From the human T2T-CHM13v2.0 reference genome, Homo sapiens, in assembly GCF_009914755.1 (NCBI RefSeq), contig NC_060929.1: a stretch of DNA of 64,000 nt, one strand, 5' to 3'. Below are positions 1 to 15,319 of this stretch, piece after piece. Every line of letters begins with the position of its first letter. The stretch's first letter is position 1. A program made the position numbers and the translations under genes. Under the pieces are notes generated by a model, which did no database searches, was not told where the DNA came from, and saw nothing but the letters and a program-made list of their open reading frames with translations.

Positions 1-714
1 AAGTGAGTGGTCAGGTGGCCAATGGGACCGCAGACTCTGTTGTCGTGTAATAGTTTTTATTTATTAAGCTTCTTTTATTTAATAAAACTTTTATTAAAGC
101 TTCTATTCTTCTATTACGCAAACAGAGAGCAGCTCTTTTCCTAAGGGAGTGGCAGGGCATGGGGACAGATGTCTTAAATATACTACCCAATGTCACCAAT
201 TTCAACTTGACAATGAAAAGACAGAGAGCGGAAGGAAGCCCCTTCCTCTTTATGCACTGGAGCGCTTCCTCCATCTCCTCACCCCTCCCCCAGCCCCCTC
301 CCTCCTCCTCTCTCTCTCTCCTTGGCATAAGAAAGCAGGTCTCTGGCATTGGCAAAGAGAAAAGTTAAAGGCAGAGAAGCAGTGAGAGGAAGGGAGGAGA
401 AATCAGGCAGCCTGTAGCTAAAGGGTCCCCATCCCACCTTGCAGGCTAGCCAGGACACCTTGCATTCTGGTAAGGTGGGGGTGGGGTGCCGGGGATGAGG
501 TAGGAGATGGTGACTCTCCCTTGCAGGACATCTGATCTTCTTGCATCAGGCCCAAGGACCTGGTGTCATCATTAGTGGGACCAGGCAGGGAGGAAGGTTC
601 CCCAGCGGACCTAGCTGACCGTCCCCTGGAGGCCAGCCAAAGTGTGCGTGGCCACGGCTCAGAATTTGCATCAGTAACAGCACCAGCAGCCCCTGCAGCG
701 GCAAGGGAGATCAT

Positions 715-850
715 TTATCCAGTGCTTGCTATGTGTCCGGCCCTGTGCTTAAGTATTTTTCATTCATTATCTTTTTTAATCCAACCAAACCTCAGGAGAG
801 TTTATTAATTCCATTTAACAAATGAGGCAACTGAGGCTCAGAGAATTTAA
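715..850 (-). mobile_element. MIR fragment
   Basis: Core aatgaggcaactgaggctcagaga is the reverse complement of the MIR core. Confidence 0.7.
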
Positions 851-1644
851 GAGGCCTCTAATTAGGGCAGTCCTTTTTGCACTCTGCAACCCATCTGACC
901 TCTTCCTTCTCAAGCCCTGGTCTGCAGCCCATCCTTCCAGAGCTGGAGAGGAGGCAGGACAGGCTCAGGAAGGTTCTACTTTTTCCCTACTCTCACAGCC
1001 CCCTACTTCCACCTGTCCCATAGCTGTTTAATTCCATTGTCTCAAAAATGAGGGCTGCTTGGGTTTTCGTGGGGAGGGAGCAGACAGCAGGGCCAGTGCA
1101 CCCTGGCACGTGGGAAGGGGCCTGAGCCCAGCTTGGCATACTGACCTGGCACGGCCTGGCTAGCATCGTCGTCCCACACGTCAGAGTAGCCATGGTCGCT
1201 TTTGTTAGCTGGGATTACTGCATTCAGGAGGGAGGAGGAGAGAAAGGAGGGGTCCCAGGCTGAGGTGGGAAAGGGAGGGGGCGCCACAAACTCCTAGGGG
1301 TGAGAGTGAGCAGAGATTTGTGGCTCAGGCTGGCAAGAAAGACTTGCCAGGGCTCCGTTAGTGGCCTCAGCCCAACTCCAAGCCCCTGGGACTCAGTTAC
1401 TCCCTGCCCCGAGTGGCTTTCTCTTCCTCCCCACTCCTGCTTGCTCTGCCTCCATCATGGCTGGGGCAACTGGGACCAGCGGGAGCCCTGCCTGACTCCC
1501 ACATTTAGAAAAAGAGGATGTGTACTCCACCCTCAGCCCCAGAAAGATTTACACCCATCTGTTGAATCCATGAAAATATGACTGAACAGGAGCCCAGCTT
1601 CTTCCCAGGCAGCCACTGATCTCTTCCCTCCCTCACCTCCTAGG

Positions 1645-1790
1645 AGCACAGGCTTTGCAGTCAAAGAAACTTGGCTTCAAATCCCGACTCCTCTGCTTTT
1701 TAACTGTGGGACCCTAAGCAAGTTAGTTCACCTCTCTGGGTCTCAGGTTCCTTATCTCCAAACTGGCAGAATCCTGTGACAAAGGAGCTA
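1645..1790 (+). mobile_element. MIR fragment
   Basis: ggcttcaaatcccgactcc...caagttagttcacctctctgggtctcaggttccttatct. Confidence 0.7.
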
Positions 1791-1823
1791 TAAAAGATAA
1801 AGGCCTATATAAAAGAATATATA

Positions 1824-2146
<323 letters not shown>

Positions 2147-2154
2147 GAATACAT

Positions 2155-2340
2155 AATAACACTAATGTTTGTCAAGTGCCCATTATGTGCCAGGACGTTT
2201 CGTGTATTATCTCACTAAGTCCCCCAAAACACTCGATGAGGTTGGTGTTATTATTATTGCTCCCATTTTATAGGCAAGCAAACTGAGGCTTAGGTGAAGA
2301 AATTTGCCAAAGCTGCCAAGCCTTAGAGCTGCGATACGTG
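2155..2340 (-). mobile_element. MIR
   Basis: cccattttataggcaagcaaactgaggcttagg core. Confidence 0.65.
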
Positions 2341-3301
2341 CCCAGGACCCAGATAACATAGCTTATGCTCTCAGCTCCCCTGACGTGCTGGTGGCTGGTG
2401 CGTCTGGTTGCCTGGAACCACGGGTTTGCACCCTATCCCACCCAGAATGCTGACCCCAGGGAGTCATCCCAGGATCCCTTCATCCCAGGCCTTTTTGAAC
2501 CCATGGCAACTTCTCCTGGCCACCTCCCTAAGACTTTTCCTCTTCCCCCAGGGCTGGGGCCAGGGTTAGGGGCTGCGACTTGACATTGTGTGTATATGTG
2601 TCCAGGTAACGCTAGTGGGGGCAGTAGACCCCAGGAGGAGCCTGTGTACTTAGGGTGTGTTGGTTTTTAATCTTCTCCCATCTGACCATTTGACTGGGCC
2701 AGGAAGAGCCTGAGGACCGGTTGGGTCATCACAGCATTCCCCAGGGCTGGTTGCTTTAAGGGAGGGATTTTCTTGGATAGCTCCTCTTCCTCCTCCTTCA
2801 GCTCCCAGTCCAGAAGTCACTTCCTCAGGGAATGTCGTAGACCAGGCCCTGTCCCCTATCACAGTTAAAAAAAAATGCCCTTTTCCCCCATTTTGCTTTG
2901 ATTAACATCTCCCCCTGTGCTCCAACCCCATGTGCTTCTTGTGAACAGGGAGAAGATGACTCTATTCACCACCATCCCCAGGACCTGGTAAAGCACCATG
3001 CCTGTTAAACAAAGGAATTAACTAATGGGCTTGCCTGGGCCCACAGTGTCCCAGGAAGGCTAAGAGGATGTCCCCCCAGCAGCGATTGCAGCAGAGACAG
3101 ATCTGACCTCTGCCACCAGGAGAGAGGAACAGGCCCTACCAGCCTCAGCTTCCTGGACCAGTTGATAAGAGAAATCAAACCCAGAGAACTGCCAAGGGGC
3201 AGGTACCAATGGAATATCCTCTCAGCCCCAGACCCCTCACCTCAGCTGGTACCTGCCTGGAGCACTTGGGCTATACAGCCTCAGTGAAGGTTCTTTCTCC
3301 A

Positions 3302-3370
3302 ACAGCAGCAGCAGCAGCAGTAGTAGTAGTAGCAGCAACAGCAGCAGCAATAATAGTAATAATAGTAATG
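3302..3370 (+). repeat. Compound (CAG)n/(TAG)n/(AAT)n microsatellite at a MIR tail
   Basis: cagcagcagcagcagcagtagtagtagtagcagcaacagcagcagcaataatagtaataat. Confidence 0.85.
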
Positions 3371-4020
3371 ACGAATATTCCCGGAGTGCTTACTGGGTCC
3401 CCAGCCCTGGGCTAAGCATCTTCCATGAATTCTCTCTCAGAACCCTCACAGTGGCCTTAGAAGATAAATGCCATGTTTGTCCCCATTTTGCAAATGAGGA
3501 GACAAGCTCGGAAAGGTTGATGCGTGCAAAGTCGCCCACCACTTGAGGGGACAATGAGATCGTGAAGCCAGGTGGCTAGAGCCCAGACCAGATGTCTTAA
3601 CCTCAAAGCTTTTCTGCCTCTGGGGCCTGCCTCTCTAATGTGATAGTTTGGGCCAGGTGCAGCCTGCTAAGTGGGCCTACCTGAATTCACACATGCTGAA
3701 TTCTCAGGGACCAGAAGCCCACCTCCACCCGCATTGCTCAATTGGGCACTCCTTCATTTATTATGTTTATAATATTATCAGTATTAGGTATTACTGAATA
3801 CCTACTATGTGCCAGATACTCTACTGTATTGTCCTTAGTGGACAAATTAATGCAACAAAACTAGACCCAGTCCCTGCTCTCGCAGAGTATATTCTAGTGG
3901 AAAATAATCAAACAAATGTGTCCAGTTACAAACGGATACATGCAAAGAAGGAAAACTAAAGCTGGCTCTGAGGGAGAACAGGGAAGGCATAATTTAGACT
4001 GGGGGACCAGGGAAGTCCTT
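3370..4020 (-). mobile_element. MIR (~3370-3600) followed by L2 3' fragment (~3750-4020)
   Basis: ccccattttgcaaatgaggagac MIR core; tattactgaatacctactatgtgccag L2 3' end. Confidence 0.6.
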
Positions 4021-4860
4021 TCAGACGTGACGTTTATACACTAACACAACCCATCAATCAGCCAATTGATTAATGCAGGCTAGAGAGGCAGTCAGGGTTC
4101 CACTTGCTGTGACTTCCGGAGTAAATAGGTTTCCCCTTGGTTTTCCACCCCCATTCAAGGAAAAAAAATAGGGCTGCAACCCACGGCCATTTTGCCGTTT
4201 GCTAAGGGAAGAGTCCCTAAGATTCCAGATTCCTGTGACCTCAGAGTAAAGGGTGAGGGAAAGTATAATCTGACTTGGTTTTTTGTTTCTCTTGGATAAA
4301 ACAGGAAGGGCAGGGTTCCCCCACGCCCTGATCAGTGATTGAGCCGCCAGCCCCGGGCCTCCCTCCCTGCACTCAGAAATGTGGTGCTCTGTCGCCACCT
4401 GGTGGACCTAATAGACGATGCCGCAGCGGCCCAGCCTCCAGCGTCTGGGGTAGGATCCAGAAAGCGGCTTCCTTCAGGCAGAGTCTAATACGGAGGCAAT
4501 AGGTTTGGGTGACTTCCTGACAGGGGGCGGGGGGTGGTGGTGGGAGAAAGAGTGAAGGGTGGATGGGGAACGGCTGCTTGAAAGTCAACTGACTGGAGAA
4601 CGACAATGGCCCCATTGTGACCAGGGCCTTGACCTTGATTTCCTGCCACTCTCATCTCCGGAGTGGCATCACCCGGGTCTGATTGGACGGGAGTCCGCTC
4701 CGTGACAGTGGGCGGGCTCCGGGGCTGGACACTTGCCCAGCTCCGGGACTCCCGGCTGGCCCAATCCCCCAGGAGACCCAGGGAAGACGGATAGGGCAAG
4801 GGGCCGACGCCTCTGAGAAGTCGTTTCCTCCTTCCTCTCTACCATCCAAGTGTGGGGGCA
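4020..4860. promoter_or_regulatory. CpG-rich promoter/insulator-like element with CTCF motif
   Basis: CRE half-site TGACGT 4028-4033, CCAAT 4062, ETS ACTTCCGG 4112-4119, KLF/SP CCACGCCC 4321-4328, CTCF consensus (minus strand TCCACCAGGTGGCGA) 4392-4406, GC box ~4522-4532, CCAAT boxes at 4682 (minus) and 4761; retained CpGs. Confidence 0.7.
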
Positions 4861-5680
<820 letters not shown>

Positions 5681-5979
5681 TCAAGGCCTGGGATGTGCAG
5701 TGTGTGAGGTGTGGCCCCAAATTAGTTCTGGGATCCTTGGACACAGTCTTCAGCATCACCCACTTTTTAAAAGAAATGTCACAGGCATGGTTACACATTC
5801 CCACTGTAAAAAAAATCGCGCAATACAATGAAAAGCTGAAGCTCCCCCCTTGACCACACTCACCCTTCCTCAGGTACCTACTGTTGTTAGTTTGTGTTGT
5901 TGTGTAGTTAGTGTCAATGTGTACACTGACCTCATTCAATTGTATTTATATTCGAGTGTGTACATATGAAAATGTGTAA

Positions 5980-6303
<324 letters not shown>

Positions 6304-7656
6304 CTAATCTGAAAATTGGGATGACAAAGATAGTAAACTGTAGAGTTCCTGAGAAGGCTGCCTGAGATAATTAGTGTGCTGTGTTTAGCACTGCACTTGG
6401 CACACAGTGTCTGCTATTATTGTTGTCATCATTACCATCTTTATTGTCATTATCACTGGGCCCCAGACCTAATTCTGACATCTGAATAGACATCCTTCAC
6501 AACCTCTACTCCCCCTTCTCCCTCCTTCCTCCTAACAGACTGATAAAAACCTGTGTTCCCTAATGCCTTTGTTTTTTGAAGAAGCTATAAAGAGCATCTG
6601 GTGTTTTCTGCATGTTCTCCCTCTTCCCTCCAGGTCCCTCACTCCATCCCCTTCTTTTCCCTCCCATATTTGACCTAGATGCAACCACTCACCCCACTGC
6701 AGAGACAGAGAACCTTCCCATTCTCAGCCAGAGAAAGACATCCGTGGCCTGAATGGTGCTGCTGGACCCACAGTGACTCTACATAAAGGCTGTCCCTAGG
6801 TAGGGGTAGAGCTAGTGGCTGAAGGGGAGGAGGAGGACTCTGAAAGAGGCCTCCTGTGGAGCAGGTAAGCATCAGAGCACCCTAGGGTGCAGCCAAGGGC
6901 AAGTCATCCCACCTTTCTGAGCCTCAGCTTCCTCACTTGTACAATGGGGCTACTAAAAATAGCTACTGCATTCAATTGCTATAAGGATGGCATAGTGCCT
7001 GAAAAGGGACCTGGCGTTGAGAAAGCCCCTAATAAATAATAGTTATTATTATATTGTAAAACAAAGTGTCATGTTTATTTAGCATTTTAAGTTTGCAAAG
7101 GAAATTACCAACATCTTTCTTTTTTCAAAAAGAAACAAAAGGAGCTAGTCTTTCCACCATGGGGAAGAAAGTTTGGTTTTGATTTATAAGTCTCAGAAGA
7201 AAGGTAGATGACTTTACCTGGGCCTCTGTGGAAGCATCCAGATGCCACTTCCTGGAGCTGTTGCTGGTCCCTCTGTATTGCCTGTGTTTTGCCATATTTT
7301 AAAATTATGTATATACATAGGCATATATTTGCTGAACAATTTGCAGATAAGTTGTAGACACTTTGACACTTTACCTCTAAAACTTTAACATATACCACCT
7401 AAGAATGTATGGACATGTGATAAGCATATATTATCACACCTAAGAAAGTTGACAATAATTCCCAAATGTCATCTAATGCTCATCCATTTGCAAACTATCC
7501 CAGTTAAAAAAAAAAGCCTTTTATAGTTTTTTTATCCATTAGTTGTATTTCTAAACTTTTGATTTTGAAATAATTATAGATTCATACGAAGTTGCAAAAA
7601 TAATAGTCTCCTGTACCCTTCTTCCAGTGTCCCCCCGTGGTGACATCTTATTACTT

Positions 7657-7723
7657 AAAAGTAATTTTAGTTTTTGCCATTGAAGGTAGTGGTAAAAACC
7701 GCAATTACTTTTGCACCAACCTA
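7657..7723. mobile_element. MADE1 (Hsmar1-derived MITE), left TIR truncated
   Basis: aaaagtaattttagtttttgccatt...ggtaaaaaccgcaattacttttgcaccaaccta. Confidence 0.85.
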
Positions 7724-7952
7724 CTATCAACTAGGCTACAGACATTATTTCGTTTTCACCTGCATTCATTTACGTGTGTGTGTGTATCTGTGCTCTTTTA
7801 TCCCATGTGTAGATTCATGTAACTACCACCACAACCAAGACAGATAGCTGTTACATCACCACAGAATAACTCACTAGTGACACTTCTTTGCATTCACATC
7901 CACTCCCACTTCATTCCTCCTTGTCTCTCTTTCTATCCCCTGGCAACCATGA

Positions 7953-8350
<398 letters not shown>

Positions 8351-8595
8351 TGAAGTTGTTGCACACATTACCAATAGTTCATTCCTTTTTATATGGCTGT
8401 ACCACAGTTTATACAGTTTATACATTTACCAGTTGAAACACATTTGAATTGTTTCCAGTTGTTGGACAATTATAAAGTCACTATAAACATTTGTGTACAG
8501 GTTTTTGTGTGAACAGAAGTATCATTTCACTGTGGGAAAATACCTACAAGTGGGATTGCTGGGTTGTATGGTAAGGGCATATTTATGAGAAATAG

Positions 8596-9357
<762 letters not shown>

Positions 9358-9364
9358 TATAACC

Positions 9365-9860
9365 TTTCTTAAATACTTCGAGTGGCTTCCCATCACACTC
9401 AGAATAAAATTCAAACTCAAAGGGCCTGCCAGGCTGCCTCTCCTGATCTCTTATGCCTCTTCCCCTCACTCTGCTCCAGCCACAGTGACTTCCTTGTTTC
9501 TCTAATGCCCTAAGCTTGTTCCTCCCTCAAGTCTTTCACCTGCGGTTCCCTCCACCTGGAATGTTCTTGCCCTGGGTATACACATGGCTCAGTTCCTCAT
9601 TTGTTCTGTCTAATGTCAGCTCCTCAGAGGCCTTCCCTGGTGGTCAAAATGAGCCCCATCCCTGCGCTCACCCTCGGTTCCCTTATCCTGTTTTATTTTC
9701 TTCATAGCACTTATTTCTCCTTGATATAATATTATATCAATTGTTGACTTGCGTCCTGTCTGTCTCCCTATAAGGACAGGGCTTGGCTTTTTGATGGCTA
9801 TCTCCAGTGCTTAACACAGTGCTTGGCATATAGAAGGAAATAATATTTGTGGAATGAATG
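9365..9860 (+). mobile_element. L2 3' end
   Basis: gtggcttcccatcacactcagaataaaattcaaactc ... gtgcttggcatatagaagg..aatatttgtggaatgaatg. Confidence 0.8.
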
Positions 9861-9869
9861 TGTATGGGA

Positions 9870-10330
9870 AACCTCTTGTAACCCTCCTGTCATCCTTTTG
9901 GCCCACGTTTTACTCAGCCATCACTGTGGCAACCAGCTTGGAGCAGGTAAACACACCGAGGCTCAGCTGCTCCACACGGCTCTGCTCTTGCCTTCTGCTG
10001 GGGCTTCTCCCTGGACTCCAGTACTGCAAACTGGATGTCTGAGGATGTTAACCCCTTGGGAGTAACCCTGGGCCCTTGGCGGCTGGGGTTGGTGGCTATG
10101 TGCTTTCTTCTCTGACACTCAGTGGACAACTAGGAGGTGCACTCTACACTGCTCCTCATCACATCCCAGCTGGGTCAAGCCCCAGCTGCCCACAGTGGTG
10201 ACCAGCTCTATAACACACCATGGCACTGGCTTTCCCTTGTTCCTACTTCATGAGTCTCCCCAGTCCCCTATTCCTGCTCCCTGGGATCATGTCCTGAATT
10301 AACTTGCAAGCATGCTCTTTCTCTGCTTTC
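9870..10330 (+). mobile_element. ERVL LTR16-like solo LTR remnant
   Basis: 3' motif cctgctccctgggatcatgtcctgaattaacttgc...tctgctttc resembles LTR16 ends. Confidence 0.5.
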
Positions 10331-10597
10331 TCTACCTGTAAGAAGGTAGCAGGGATAGAGAAGAGCCCAGGTTACATTAGAACAATATATGAAACTTATA
10401 GACTAGTAGGAGAGACCAATACAACAAAATTTAAATAACTACAGGTAAAGAGATGGACTTTTCAACAGATGGTGTTGGAATAACTGAATATCCATATGGA
10501 ATGCAATGCATTTCAATCCTTACTTCATACCATACTCAAAATAAATCAAAGAACTATTAAAAAAAAAACTATAAAACTTCTGGAAGAAAGAAATTCT

Positions 10598-10954
<357 letters not shown>

Positions 10955-11432
10955 TTACTATAAAAGGAGGAAAAAGACAGCATTAAAAAGATAAATAGGT
11001 AAGTCATACACTAGGAGAAGGTTTTGTAATACATACTTTTGACAAAAGATTTCTATCTGGAACATATAAAGAAATCTAATAACTCAATAGTAAGACCCCA
11101 ACCAAAATAAAATATGGGCAAAAAAAATTTAACAAATACCTCAAAAAGAAGATATACAAACATCCAATAAACACACATGAAAAGTTGTTCAACATTATTA
11201 GCCATTAGGGAAATGTAAATTAAAATCACAATGAGATAACATCACACACTCACTAGAATGGCTAAACTTTAGGAGAATCGGTAATAACGTGTTGGTGACG
11301 ATGTGGAACAACTGGAACTCTTATATATTGCTGGCAGGAGTGTGAACTGGAACAGTCACTTGGAAAAAAGTTTGGTGGTGTCTTATAAAGTTAAACATAT
11401 ACTTACCAATGCCCAGCAATCTCCATTATAGG

Positions 11433-11887
11433 TATGGTTGGGATGTGATTTGTCTGTGTCAAAACTCATGTTGAAGTTTGCTTGCCAGTTCTGTCCACTG
11501 GGGAGGTAAGGCCTAGTGGGAGGTGCTTGGATCATAGGGGTGAATCCCTTATGAAAATAGGTTGGTGCTGTTGTCCTAGTAGAGTGTTTTCTTGTTGTTG
11601 TTGTTGTTCTCAAGAGACTGGATCAATTCTCAAGGAATGTATTAGTTCCTGAGCAAGGGGTTGTAATAAAGTGAAGTTTCTCCTCCTGTTTGATCTCTCT
11701 TTGCATACGTCTGCTTCCCCTTTAACCTTTTCTGCCATGTTTTGACCCAGGACAAAAGCCCTCACCAGAAGCCGAGTGGATGCCACTGCCACTTGAACTT
11801 CCCAGTCTGCAGAACTGTGAGCTACACCTTTTTATAAATGACCCATCTCAAGTATTCTGTTACAACACCACCAAATGGACTAAGACA
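11433..11887 (+). mobile_element. MST-family (MaLR) solo LTR
   Basis: Starts tatggttgggatgtg...aaaactcatgttgaa, ends caaatggactaagaca; splits the host L1 motif ggtat|ttatccaaag. Confidence 0.8.
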
Positions 11888-12199
11888 AGTATTTATCCAA
11901 AGGAAATAAAAATGTATGTCTGCACAAAGATTAGTACATGAAAAATGTCAGAGCAGCTGTATTCATAATAACCAAAAACTGGAAATATCCCAAGTATCCA
12001 TCAACAGGTGAACAGATAAATTGTGGTATATTCATACAATGGCTTACTACTCAGTAATAAAAAGGAACAAAGTAGTGGTAAGTGCTACAACATGAATACA
12101 ACTCGAAAACTTTATACTGAAAGATGCCAGATAGAAGCATACATAGCATATTATTACATTTAAATGAAGTTCTAGAACAAACAAAACTATTTTGATTGG

Positions 12200-12900
12200 C
12201 TGGCCTTGAAAAGGTGACATTTGAGCAAGATCTGGATGTCAAGAGGGAGCCAGCTATGGCAAGATCGATGGGGAGCATTCCAGGCAAACAGCACTACAGG
12301 AACAGGATCAGGAAAGAGCTTGTTGAGCTTGGAAACAGTCAGCAGGCCACAGTGACTGCGTGAAGTAGGTGGGGCAGAGAATGGTGGGGGACAGGGTGGA
12401 GAGGTGGATGGGAGCCAGATCATGCCAAGCCTTATCAGCCCTGATAAAGTTGTGGAATTTGATATGAATAAAATGCAAATCCCTCATAGTTTTGTGGGGC
12501 GGAAACACATAAGCAAATAAAGGCAATTCAGGGTCATGGGTGATATATTTGGGGAGTGTACAGGGAAAGAGGAGTAGTAGGCATTAGGGACATCTGAGAA
12601 GGCTTCCCAGAGGAGGTGACATTTCGGCTGAGACTGGAAGAGTAGTAGAAGAGGGGAAAGGTCATTCTGGTGGAGGGTACTGTGCCTACAGAAGCTCAGA
12701 GACATGTAGCCTCAGGGAACATTCAGAGACCTCAGCATAATATAAGCCTAGTTGGAGTGTTCCCAACTAGGAGAGGGAGTGGCAGGAGATCTGAGGCTGA
12801 AGAGAGTGGCTTTGAATGCTTTGTCAGACTTGATCCTGCAGGGAATGGGAAACCCCTGCAGAATTTATAGTCAGGAAGTATCAGGGCCAGGTTGACACTT
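12200..12900 (-). mobile_element. L2 fragments
   Basis: gaaaaggtgacatttgagcaaga; gaaggcttcccagaggaggtgacatttc; gggaatgggaaacccctgcag. Confidence 0.65.
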
Positions 12901-13624
12901 CAGATCAAGATCTCCAGATTGGCAGGCAGAGAGCAAGGCCACTGGTTCTAGTGTGAGATAATGGGGGACTGGGCCTGGGACTGAGCAGGGGTGGGCGGGG
13001 CAGGGAGTAGAGCCAAACTCTGCTAAGCAGTGACTAGGACTCTCCCGATTGAGGCAAAGCTCTCCAGATCTTGAGGCCCCAGAGGGCCATAAATACTTTC
13101 ATGCGCATCTGTTCTCTTGGAGGGCTTGTCACACCTGAAGGCTCCTAGGCCCTGGCTCCCAGGGATTCAGAAGTGATAGGTCTAGGATGAAGCCCAGGAA
13201 TCTGCATACATAAAAAGTGACACTCTCCACTCTGATGCGGGTGGACTCCATACCTTCCAGGCTGGGGAGGGGAGGGGGCAGGACAAGCACACTCTCATCT
13301 GGACTGTGGCTGAAGCAGCTCAGAGAATCGAAGGTAGCATCTAAAATAAGGACCTGGATGCACTGGGAACAAAGGTAGTGTGTGTCTCCACTGCTGCAGC
13401 TAAAGAATTGCAGTGGAGTGGCCCTGGTCATCATGCAGAAAAATGACTCCTGATCACCAGTCCAAGGAGCCACAGAAATAAGAGATGGGGCCATGATCGG
13501 ACCATAGATCTGTCTTTTAACCTGTACCTTCTCCTAGGGTGCAGACAGGGAGGCAGGAAGGGGATTACTGGAGGCTGCAGTAAACTAGAGAACAAGCTCT
13601 GTGCAAAGGAAGCCTCTCTTACCA

Positions 13625-13810
13625 TTCAGCATCTCAATGAATTAACCCTCACAACAGCTCTATGTGGTTGGTCCTATTATTATTCCCATTTCTTAGATGG
13701 GGAAACTGAGACTCAAAAAGGTGGAGTAAGTAGTGCTGGGTCCCAAGGTGAGGACATAGGGGAACCATGGCTGGAACACAGGCCTCTGGACACTCCGAAT
13801 CATAGCATTG
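13625..13810 (-). mobile_element. MIR
   Basis: cccatttcttagatggggaaactgagactca. Confidence 0.7.
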
Positions 13811-14104
13811 CCCTGTGTCCCCTTCAGTGGGAAAAGTCACTTCATCTCTTAATCTTAAATGATCTTCCAAGCAAGAGGAGGGGAGAGGAGGAGTATAAGC
13901 TTTCTTTGTCCCATCTTTTTCAGAAGGTATCTAAGTCCTTCCTGTGTGTGTCTTCCAAAGATACAGTACCAGGACCTAGAGAGGCTGAGATTTAGAGCCT
14001 CATGGTGCAAACTCAATTGTAGGGTCCTAGCCAGGACTACTTGCCTGTATCTTCTAAGAATCTCACAACAGTGCCACATGCCTCAGCTTTATCCAAGCAA
14101 CAGA

Positions 14105-14160
14105 AGGAGGTGGTGGAGGTGGTGATGGCAGCAGCAGCAGCAGCAGCAGCAGTGGCAGCA
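14105..14160 (+). repeat. (GGT)n-(GCA)n trinucleotide tract
   Basis: ggaggtggtggaggtggtgatggcagcagcagcagcagcagcagcagtggcagc. Confidence 0.85.
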
Positions 14161-14933
14161 AATCTGTCCCCAGTGCACTACAGTACTGTTTTGCTATGAT
14201 GAAATACACATGGCATATGGCTACAAAGTTACTATCTTGAGAGTGGATAGAAATGGGATTTTTCATGTGCCAGATTTCACTTCCCTTTCTGAAACAATTC
14301 TTGTAGTAAACAGAGGTTTTCTGATCTTGCTAAGATCAAGAGGATGGGAATTCCTTTACACTTTTAAAGTAAGACCACTGTCTTGTAGAGTTTCAGTCTG
14401 TTGATGGTGCAAATGTTTTTTAAACATGGACGCTATTCTGTGTTCCTCCCTCTTTCCTTCCAAAGGCTACGACACAAAGAGGAGCTGCTAACACCAGATG
14501 ACCAACTCCTTTCCAGTTACGGACCATCCCGGTGATGAGACCTCCATATGTTGTCTGATGGCCGCAGTTCCTTGGCAAGTGGGTGGGGAAAAGGAAAGTT
14601 GTGTTGAGTGTGGGAGGCCACAGGGTGGAGGAGGTTAGGAAGGACCAGAAAGCACATAGAATGTGACTTTAAGGAGGAGAATTTTTTTGAACCATGTCTT
14701 GTGTGCTGACAGCATAATGATCATTATTAGGGCCTCAGATGTAACATGAAGCCCACCCTGAAGTTAAATTTTCCTTTTCAGAGAAGCGTGGCCTGTCAGC
14801 CCAGCATCAGATGGTTCCATGCCAACCTCCTCCATGGCTAGGTGTTGGAGCGCCCCAGCTGCTGCCTCCCTGGTAGCTTTCATTAAAGGACTTTGCTTTT
14901 TTGGTAAATAAGGGCCCCATTTTTCTACCTTAG

Positions 14934-15319
<386 letters not shown>

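Noticed and set aside
3209-3415. Poly-Ala/Val hydrophobic ORF resembling a membrane micropeptide
   Set aside because: Produced by a CAG/TAG/AAT microsatellite at a MIR tail; no exon or promoter support.
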